Below are positions 16,201-26,200 of a DNA stretch of 64,000 nucleotides, in pieces; position 1 is the stretch's first letter; each line of letters begins with the position of its first letter. The notes below the pieces were generated by a model. The model searched no databases and had not been told where the DNA came from. It worked only from the letters and a program-made list of their open reading frames with translations. The position numbers and the translations under genes are program-made. Where the stretch lies: assembly GCA_965153455.1 (NCBI GenBank), contig OZ234494.1, forward strand, positions 12,524,001 through 12,588,000, written 5' to 3'. This DNA comes from Sphagnum compactum. Its lineage: Eukaryota.

Positions 16201-18033
16201 GAAAAAAATCCTCAATTTCTACACAAATATGAAACATATAAATGTAATGACAGATCCAGTAACAAATGTTTTAATTAGTTTTCTAGCATATAATTCAACA
16301 TATAAATCGGAGTCCATATTTTGAGTTTCAATGAGTTATATGTTTATGTTTAGCTGTGTGATTGCATGCCTTATATTACTGTATATAATTTATGAACTTG
16401 CATTAGTCATAGTGGTGTCATACATCTATGTTCATATGCATTCAAACATTCAAAGAAATTTGTTGAATATTATTGATGATGAATCATTTTAAGTTTACAC
16501 ATAATTCATACAACATAAACTGTAACATATAGCACAAATTCATGTTCATTGAAAATTAGGATAACTACCCTCTTAGTATTCCAATCCCTATGCTTAAAAT
16601 TCCACCAAACTCTTTGCAAAGCCCTATGAAGGATTTGTAGTAAGAGGTGACAATTGCCTTCAAAATGGAGTTCATTGTTGCGGAGGTTATCACTGCTGTG
16701 TACCTGGCATCATTTATCTGCCCATATTGCACTTAATGCTAGAAGTTCATACAAAAAACAAATAAAAAAAATGGTGTCCATATCTCTCAAATTAGGAAAA
16801 AGCTGAGTAGGGACCTGAGGAAACAAAACAGTAGAAAGCCCACTGGAATGTCTTGACAAGCTTTGAAACAAATTCAAGCTGCCTTTCAATTCACAGGTGA
16901 TTGAGTAAGCGACACATCTCGAAATGAGCAAAACTATCCTTGCAGGGCATCCATCTCTGCAGAGCATACTACTGCTGTGTCAAGATATATGTTCTACCCA
17001 AAAGGAAAGAAATTCTGTAACATTAATTGATGCTCACATTGAGCCGAATATCATTGATAATACTGTACCTCATTACTTTCTGTTGATGTCTCTCTGATTT
17101 GGCCCCCATGTTCTCTCTGTTCCTCCACAATCGCACTCTTTCTGCTACCACCCTAACACAATCGCTGTGCCTGTTTCACAATCCAGTAATTAGATTGCAC
17201 GTGATTTATTGCACTGTTTAAGATGAGCAGCAAGCCACATGAAAATGCAGTTTGTTAAAGCATTCCCCCCTAGCCAAAGTGTATGGAATTGAAAAATGAA
17301 AACTGAAGCATGAGTTCCCAAAATGTTTCAGAACCTAAACTCCCCTTTCCTGAACGCATCCAAATAACCAACATAAAGTAAGGGTACAAGTACTCACAAA
17401 AGTAAAGAGTAAAATTTTGACAAAGGCAGGCTGCTGGTATCAGTCCATCAAACTTAGATGGTACATAAAATGAAAATGACAACACCAAACTTCTATGGAT
17501 CCCTTAGCTGCCTAGTTTTCTAACAAGAGATCTCCAGAATTTGGGTGGGGTCTAGCAACTGAAAAGTATGCTTGCTTGCCAATCATGACCACTTTAACAG
17601 AGCCAGACCTTACTCTAGATGACCCCAAAATGCAATCTTCAGCATGAATAGTTTCAACCTCATATTTAGTAAGAGTTCTTGTACATGGAAGGAGTCAAAG
17701 AAACAGGTATGTCAAGACCCAATGTCAAACTCTGGATCTTACCTACACCATAACCAATTGCTGTCCATAAATAGTACCCATTAACATTTGGTTTTAGCTA
17801 TCCAGTCACACCTGCCAAAGAAATCTGAAACTATCAGTAAACTGTCAAATTGCGCTAACATGAACAATATACAACAAATTGAAGAAGGGGATATCACAAT
17901 ACTGAACTAGCTAAGGCAAGATCAGATCCTTATCAGTGAGCTGCTTCCAAGGGTCCTTGGATGTTTTATCTTCCAAAGGTTGTTAAGTACCTAAATATGA
18001 GACTGAAAACACTGGCCTGCTGTGAACAATCAA

Positions 18034-18935
18034 TCATGTGCTTCGACCTTTTGGACAGACTTTCCCTTTAGAATCAACCTCCAGAAAGAAAAATGGCTCT
18101 GTGGGCTCTTCCCTGCCATATACAAGACACAACAAAAAATTAAGGTGCTGATATCAAGGTGAGCACAGCACAAACCCTAGGACTTCATCATACAGTTTTG
18201 CATGTAGGTGACTGCATACCCTCTTGTTTAGATAGATTTCTGAAGGAGGACAGAACCACGAGGGAAGTCTGTCATAAATTAGTTTGAGAATCTCAAAGAC
18301 AAACAGAAGAAACACCATCCAAAATAAACAATGGCCTTTGAATATGCCATCAACTATTCACATGGCATCTTAGTCGGATCTAGCACATACCCAGGCTTTG
18401 ATTGCATGCACTTCCAGTAAAGCTTGAATGGACCTGGCAAAGTCTTCCTAGGATCCCCTTCAAAGAGTGCCTGCCATGCTTAACCCCTTGGCATTTTAGA
18501 ATCTTCATCAAGGGATAGACCTAGATTAACATTGTTGCAGAAAATGCTTTCTTAGAGATTTGCCACTACAAATTCATAAGGTTCTTGCCCTAAAGTGGCA
18601 GCAAGATCCCAAGAATTGATCAAGCAACAAACACTGAATCTAACAGCTGATGGCAAAGTTTGTACACTGACACATCTGCTTGCAACTCATTCTCTTTCCT
18701 TTGGTATGAAACTTAGGGCAGAAGCAAATACACCGCTTGAGAGGGACACGGAGAGACAGAGAGACAAAGAGGGTGTGTGAAAAACCTGAACAATGTCTTC
18801 AAGACGATCATTACAGCGGTGAGGCCGAGGTACTTTCTCCTCCTCCTCCACTACATTCTGTTGCTGCAGCTGCTGTGGTTTACTCAGCAGCACGGAATCT
18901 CGTTGTTGCTGCTCCATGGATTGATGCGGCTCCAT
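18034..18935 (-). CDS. Small uncharacterised protein, 102 aa. Exons 18935-18786, 18470-18391, 18112-18034
   Basis: Canonical GT-AG splicing gives a continuous 309-nt frame: MEPHQSMEQQQ...PHRCNDRLEDIVQ|ALFEGDPRKTLPGPFKLYWKCMQSKPG|EEPTEPFFFLEVDSKGKVCPKGRST*. From memory, the core resembles a conserved uncharacterised land-plant protein. Confidence 0.8.
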
Positions 18936-18971
18936 GAATCAAACCCCTGCTAACTGAAATCGCATTAAATT

Positions 18972-19092
18972 TCAGTTCTGGTGCTAGAACTGGTTGCGAA
19001 AACTCCGGCCCAGTTCTGGTTCGGTTTTTGGTAACTGGAACTGGAACCCCGCGGTTCTAACACTCCAAATCGGGTACCCGCCCAACACTGGT
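18972..19092. mobile_element. Terminal fragment of a hAT-like MITE related to the 6710-7505 element
   Basis: Ends in gggtacccgcccaacactgg, which resembles the TIR at 7490-7506. Subterminal region rich in gaact/ggttc motifs. Confidence 0.45.
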
Positions 19093-19299
19093 GTAAGTGG
19101 GATTAGGCTAAATTTGTTGCGACCGTGAGAGCTCCCCTTAGTGATGCCTTCCCGTCACAGTTTTAGGGCACAGTAGCAGTTTTAGGGTTTGGAGTTTTAC
19201 TCTGAAGCTTTTTAGGTCTCTGACAATGAGAGTTGCACCGCTTGCTCTTTGGATGCACAATTTTGGGTGGGTGTATTCGGCTGAGAATCAAGTATCCAG

Positions 19300-20050
19300 C
19301 TTTATTTGACTGGTTTCTTGATGCACATGACGGAAGTTTCACATGTTCAGGTTCAATCTCTTGGCTTTCGAACTTCTTTTGTTGGTTTCTTGAAGCAAAT
19401 GAGGGGTTAATGCTCAAAAGTTTGCATCTTCAGGTTCAATTTCTTGGCTCTCCAACTTCAGTTTTAATGGTTTCTGGATGCAAATGAGGGGTTAATGCTC
19501 AAAAGTTTGCATCTTCAGGTTCAATTTCTTGGCTCTCCAACTTCAGTTTTAATGGTTTCTGGATGCAAATGAGGGGTTAATGCTCAAAATTTTGCATTTT
19601 TAGGTTCAATTTCTTGGCTTTCCAACTTCAATTTTGTTGGTTTCGTGATGCAAATGAGGGATTAATGCTCAAAGGTTCAAACGTTTAGGTTCAGTTTTCT
19701 TTGCTTTCCAGCTTCAATTTACTGGTTTTTTTTAATGCAAGTGAGGGATTGATGCCGAAAGTTTCACATGTTTAGGTTCAATTTTTTGGCTTCTTAGCAT
19801 CAATTTACTGGTTTTAAGAAAAAATGCAAATGAGGGATTAATGCTCAAAGTTTCACATGTACAGGTTCAATTTTTGTGCATTCTAACTTCAATTTACTGG
19901 TTTCTTGATGCAATGAGGGAGTAATGCTCAAAGGTTCTCACATCTTCAGGTTCAATATCTTGTCTATTCTGATGGAATGAGGGGTTGAAATGCTCAAAGG
20001 TTCACATAATTCAGGTCCAAATTTCTTGCTTTCTTGCAGCAATGAGGTGG
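19300..20050. repeat. Tandem array of ~85-bp units (~8-9 copies)
   Basis: The gcaaatgaggggttaatgctcaaaag...aggttcaattt unit recurs at ~19395, 19480, 19565, 19650, 19737, 19826 and 19910, decaying towards both ends. Confidence 0.92.
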
Positions 20051-20242
20051 GTTACTTCTACATGAGGACCTTACTTTCATGGTCCAGAAAAAAATAGTAG
20101 CAACGAGGTTGGGGAGAACATCTCAATGTTTTTTGGTTTTGTTTTTTGAAGCTTGGGGCTCTGGAGTGGAGTTTTGTTTTCTTCTGTTGTTCCATACACG
20201 TGAAGTTGTGACACATCTGGCAAGCAAACAAGGGACAACAAA

Positions 20243-21238
20243 ATGGCCCGATTGTGGTGGACACACTGCACCCTTCCTTCTCGTTCTGCATTCTCTTTTG
20301 TGCCCTCCTCCCTTTGCCCCTCCTCAAAACTTACCACTCCATCACTCCTACAAACCAATCATTGCTCTCTTCTGTGCTCCCGCTCCTCCTCTTCCCTATT
20401 CTATTGCTCTCACTGTCCTGTCCTTCCCACCATCAGTTCTGCTGCAATCTTCTCCTCCTTTTCAACTTCACGAGGCCGGGTACTACTATGGCATCCAGCT
20501 TCTGCCTTACAACAGCGAAGAAGTGTTTTCATGGGGGTGAGCCAAGCCATGGTGAAGGGAGAAGAAGGGGGAGTGCGAGGAGGAGGAGCAACAACAAAGA
20601 TCAAGGAAAGGGAAATTCTGGTGCAGCATCTCCTGGTACCTGAGGACCAACTGCAGCTTTTGCTAGACCTGCAACGCAAAATTATGCAAGAAGGTGTGGA
20701 CCTCAGTGATCTTGCAGCTGAGCATTCCATCTGCCCTTCCAAGAGTGAGGGTGGAATGCTGGGATGGTTGTCTCATGGTCGCACGGTACCTGAATTTGAG
20801 GAGGCAGCTTTCAATGCAGCTTTGAACAAATTGGTGCGTGTAAAAACCAAGCATGGCTGGCATCTACTGCAAGTGCTGTCTGAAAGGGAGGCCACTTTCT
20901 TGCAGGAGATAGACGTGGAGGACTTTGATCAGCAAATGCAAGATCCTGAGTTTATGCAAGGAGCACAGCTGTTGGATGTTCGGGAGCCAGATGAAATCAC
21001 TACTGCATCGATTCAAGGGTTCAAGGCGTATCCCTTGAGTCAATTTGGGCAATGGGCTCCCACCATCTCTGAAGATCTTGACCCAGAGAAAGATACCTTT
21101 GTGTTGTGTCATCATGGAATGCGATCTATGCAGGCAGCTCAATGGCTGCAATCTCAGGGCTTTCGACGCTTGTACAACATCAAGGGGGGGATCCATGCTT
21201 ACTCCGTAAAAGTTAACAACTCAATTCCCAAGTACTAA
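20243..21238 (+). CDS. STR12: Rhodanese-like/PpiC (parvulin PPIase) domain protein, chloroplastic; single exon, 331 aa
   Basis: Ser-rich transit-peptide-like N-terminus. Parvulin domain ILVQHLLV...DLSDLAAEHSICPSKSEGGMLGW...VPEFEEAAF...VKTKHGWHLLQV. Rhodanese domain LLDVREPDE...VLCHHGMRSMQAAQWLQSQGF..LYNIKGGIHAYS. Confidence 0.93.
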   Translation: MARLWWTHCTLPSRSAFSFVPSSLCPSSKLTTPSLLQTNHCSLLCSRSSSSLFYCSHCPVLPTISSAAIFSSFSTSRGRVLLWHPASALQQRRSVFMGVSQAMVKGEEGGVRGGGATTKIKEREILVQHLLVPEDQLQLLLDLQRKIMQEGVDLSDLAAEHSICPSKSEGGMLGWLSHGRTVPEFEEAAFNAALNKLVRVKTKHGWHLLQVLSEREATFLQEIDVEDFDQQMQDPEFMQGAQLLDVREPDEITTASIQGFKAYPLSQFGQWAPTISEDLDPEKDTFVLCHHGMRSMQAAQWLQSQGFRRLYNIKGGIHAYSVKVNNSIPKY

Positions 21239-23248
21239 TTGAGTGAGAGAATTATCATGCCTAGCTTAATGTCCAGTTTTTGTCAATAAATCCTTGCATA
21301 ATGTATGCAGTTCAGAAAACATGTTCTCCATCATATTCTCATGATGTATCTATCAATGATGTTTTCCAATACTGTTTTCCATTGATTTTCTGACAAGCTG
21401 CTGTTTTTTTCCTGATGAATGTGAGGGCATGAATATAGTTTCCTTATATATTCTTCATTGTGGTAACTTGTTTGTGGGCATTTCCACGTTTGTTTTGCAC
21501 ATCGAAAAAATGTAAACTATGTTGCTGGTATGAAGGTGATTAGTGCTGTCTCTTGAGCGTTAGCCAACATCATGACTCAAGTCTTCCCATTGCTTCAAGA
21601 ATGTGACAGAAACTCAGGATGCAAAATTTGTATAATGGCCTGACTGAAGTTTCGGGGTGGACAATTATATACCTATCTACACCCACCCACCACGGGGAAC
21701 TAATAAAGCAAGTGGTGGTAGTGATGGCAGATTGTCTGGCCACTTGTCACTGCTGTTTGTGATTAAGGTGATGGTAATGACAGTTTGTGAGAGCAACTCC
21801 TGCAAGGTTATTATGACTGCACTCATTGTCATGTTTGTTGTTGTGGAGATTTCTCTATAATTCCATAGATATGATATGAAATCAACTTTGCTGCTTCAAA
21901 AATGGTTCAAAAATGGTTTTCTTGTTGTTAAGACCAAAATTTGGAAGTTTTGAACTATGAAGTCTTTCCTCAATCTACTCCTGTGATGATGATGACAGTG
22001 ACGATAATGTGCAATGTTGTTGTTTTTCTCCTTCTACCCAGTTCATACAGAACCTGGTTGGTCTTCTGTTGAGCATTATCTACACAATTTGTAGCTGGCA
22101 TTTGTACTGCATCTAGAATGCAACAAGCTTAAAAGCAAAAGAACAGGGTAGTGAAGCAGCATGAGGCATGAGAAAGAGAGAAAAGAACAAAACACTGATC
22201 CATCATCAGGCGTTCTTCTCACCTTATTTTGCTGTTGTCATTCTGTCATCATGCTCTCTTCATATCAATACTTGCAAAGTGAACATGCAAAGGTTCAAGG
22301 TACAATCATGCAATGCTGGGTACCGAGCAAAAACACCTAAACTGGTGACTCCATAGCTTCTCTCTCTTTCACATGCTCTCCTCCTAAGAAATCCTTTATT
22401 AACAGGGAAACAGGTGATCTTGAGCCCACTGGCTAAACAGAGTGGAGCTATTTTAAAGGAATCTGATGGAATGCACAGGGACATCACCAACACAAAGGAA
22501 ATTTATTCTGGAGGCCAGGGCTGTAGGTTGGGTGCTCTGGTCTTAGTCAAATAGAGAGTGTTTTTACCTTTGGATTTGTGTGATAGCTTGCAAGTTGAGT
22601 TCTACTGTGTAAAGCTTGGAGTTTACAAGCTGAATTCCAAGTTGCTGGAAGCAGACCCCTCCTTTGATGCTCCTTCTGCTCTGATGTGTTGTGTCTTCCA
22701 AGTGTATGGAGGTCTCCTTTGCTTAAAAGCGAAGTGCAGTAGATCAACAGTGTTCGTCAGCTATTGCACACAATTGATTAAAGGAAAGAGAAAAAGCTTT
22801 TGCAGCCCCTGGACACCTGCTGGCCAACAGGAGAAGGTCCTCTTGATCCGCCACATTCTGATGGTGACTTTTCATTACCAGATCTGCATCATTGAAACAA
22901 AAAAGTTCAGGATAAGAGATCAGTGAGGCACCACACAAAAGGGGTTTTTCTAGCATCCCACAATAGAGAGTGGTTATATGAATCAGTTAGAACTCTGAAA
23001 AGTGTCCTAACCATCTTAATCAGTGTGTTGTGTTATGCAGTCTCACATAGAGAGTTCCTCATGATGCATCTTAGAGAAGCACCAACAGTGTGAAAAGGTG
23101 GTGTGATGATAGTTCATTGCTTTGCTTCCAATTTACAGCATCTCAATAACAGAAGCCTGAATTCAAAGAAATGATTTGAGCTGTTGTGTTTTCATGTCTG
23201 GCCCTTGGCTTGAAATCAAAACACAGGTTACAATGTAATTGGCAGAAC

Positions 23249-26200
23249 CTTGCTTCAGTAGGTGCAGGAATCCATCTGAAGTTCCTCAGCTCCTCTTGCA
23301 GAGAGTCACACAGAGAGCCATGATGCACAATGGGGATTGCCAGTCCTGTCATTCGATACCTCTTCAGGCAAGGCATGGGTGCTTCACACCTTGTTACATC
23401 GTACTGTGAATGTGGAGGAGGGTCTGGTATTGTTGAACCCAAATTCTTCCCTTCAAATCTGCACCTCCTCAAAAAAGAAACATTCAGAAGACTTAGTTAG
23501 CAACAGTCCTGACAGTTTTGCTAAGTAGTTTCATTAAAAAAAACCTTCACAGTGAATGGTGTAAATCAGTGAAACAACCACCTGCACTTGGTGGGCACAG
23601 GAGTCTTTGTTGAGTGCATTGAGTCTTCCTGCAAATAACCATGCTGCAGAGGCATGTCTGGCATTGCTAGACCTGTCAGTCGATAATTTTTGAGGTAAGA
23701 GATTGGTCCTCTGTCACAACTACTCTGATCATTCTGTGGACTTGGAGCATCTGGCATTGCTGGAGAAAATCTCTTCTGTTGCAATCTGCACCATCCCAAA
23801 GAAAGACCATAGGGTTTGAATGAGCAAAGGGAGCTTAGAAGTTTCCAAGTTGAATATCTTACTGCTATCTAACCAGGAACTTGCTGCATAAACATAATGG
23901 TGAAAGGGAAAATGGCCTGGCCTTGTGGCTCGTGAAGTAGTTGTGGAGCTCCTTGAGTCTTCCTGCTTGTAGTCGTGACAGGAATGCGTTTCTGGCAGTA
24001 TTTTACCCATGTACTCCAGGCAAGATGTTGGTCCTTTGTCACAAAGAACCTGATCGTGCTGTGAACTTGGACAACCTTCTGGCATTGTCAGAGATAGTTC
24101 ATTGTGCAATCTGCACAGGCTCAAACAAGGAACAGAGGTATAAGACTTAAGTCTCTAAACATATACCCACAAAAGTATCTTCATTAAGTCTGTAATGCTC
24201 AACCTTGCTTTGCTGGGTGCAGTCTTCTGGGTGGGGCTCGTCAAGTCTTCTTGCAAACAATCAGAATGCAGAGGCATATCTGGTATTGCCAAACCTGTAA
24301 GCTGATAACTTTCGAGATAAGAGACTGGTCCTCCATCACAACTACCATGATCATTCTGTAGACCTGGAGCATCTTGTGTTAAAGAAGAGAGTCTCTTCTC
24401 TTGCAATCTGCACCATCTCAAACAGGAACCACGGGTTTGGGAAAGTCAGACAGCATAGTTCATCCCTAGTTAACCATCTGACCTAGGTAAAAGAAACAGA
24501 TGGCCCAACCTTGTGGCTTTAGCGCTAGCCTGTATGGAGCTCCTTGAGTCTTCCTGCACACTGGTGTGATGCATGTCTGTTACTTGATATGCCCTGAGAA
24601 CCTCAGCAGTAGGCTGATTCCCCAAAATGAGAGATTCAGGCCTTTGTTCTTGTGTTGCACATATGTCAACATCAACTGCATCATGACAAACAAATTGTAA
24701 ATAAAACCTCAAACATTCTGCCTACCTATTTTTTGACCTTCCATGAGACCTGTATTCAACTGATGTTGGAAAAAAGAATCATCTAGCTGGTAGTGTGGCC
24801 CAAAAGAGAATGTAGCAGAGGGAAGGTGATGCACATATACCATATTGCTCAGAAATAAGAACAGCTGTGATAACAGGGGGCTTGCTCTTCACAGTTTGGT
24901 CAAAATTGATTGTGACAGTATATGGGCTGCACAGGCTCCAAAACACTGTTGTCAAGCTTCATTGTTGGCAGAAATCATTTTTTCCAGGTAAAAAGATTTC
25001 TTGGAATGCACAGTTTTTTAATTATGCCTGATTCACACAGTTGTGTCATCTCCATCAAATGTAGAGTTATGCTCACCTGAGGAATTGATCCAATCTGTCA
25101 AACAAACACCAACAGAGACATGAGCTGTACCACCAAATGATTCTGTTCAAAATCGAATTTGCTGCAGCACATATTGGACACATGGGTACCTGATTCTTTC
25201 ATGGAATAGCAGCCTGTTCTCCTCCTTGTTTCCAACCACCTGAATATCTCAGGAAACAATTCAATACGAGCTGCCCAGCATGTGTTGGACATGGAACGAG
25301 TGAAGTGAAAAGTTCTGAATTGCAAAGACTACACCCAGAACAAATTGCCAATGCTTGACTTCCAGCTCAGAGATGAAGTCTGTGGAGCATATGTGGTAAA
25401 AAAAAAAACTCATGTCAGAGCAACTTGCATTCTATATCATAGGTAAACAATAGATGATGTAAAATACTTTCCAGGACAATCTCATAAACAGACAGTATAG
25501 AGGAGCCAGGTCTGTACAAGCCAACTCACCAGGTCTGCAATGTGTTTACTGGATTGATTTGCTGGGGAGAGTCGAGTGAGACAGCACTCAATCTTCCCAA
25601 AGCCCACCTCAAACAGCTTTAGATCCACCCTGGGTGGGAGTGCATCCAATGCACTCTTCACTTGATTTCCAAATGGATACTTGCGGCCTGTGATGAGTTC
25701 CAAGCGGCGAGGATCTGCTGCTGCTAGCTTGTCAAAGGAATCCACACCTGCCTTCAGCAAAGCCTGGAAGAGCCTAGCTCCATGTCAAAACATTCCAATT
25801 TCAAAGCCTGCACTTCCAGCCAGCTCACTTACATGATTTTCCTCCACTAAAGCAAATCTTCAGCTGATCTTCCTTCCCATCATCCAGCCAATACTGAACA
25901 CCTCAATACAATCTGTTAAGGTTTGCACATATGGTATCACCTTTGCTGTGACTTGCCCAATGCCAACTAGCTGCTTCAGTGGATATGAGGTTTTCTCCCA
26001 TAGCCGTTGCTTCAGGCACTTGCCTAATGTAAGAGCATTGCATGCTTCCTTGTACCGCTTCATGAATATGAAGTAGTCACTCATCCCTCGACAAATTCGA
26101 GTCCCACTTGTACAGATGCAGTTTATGTCCTGTCGAAATAAAGTAATTGGTAAGCCACAAATATGCAAATCTGTGACCAAGGTGTAACTGTACAAAGATG

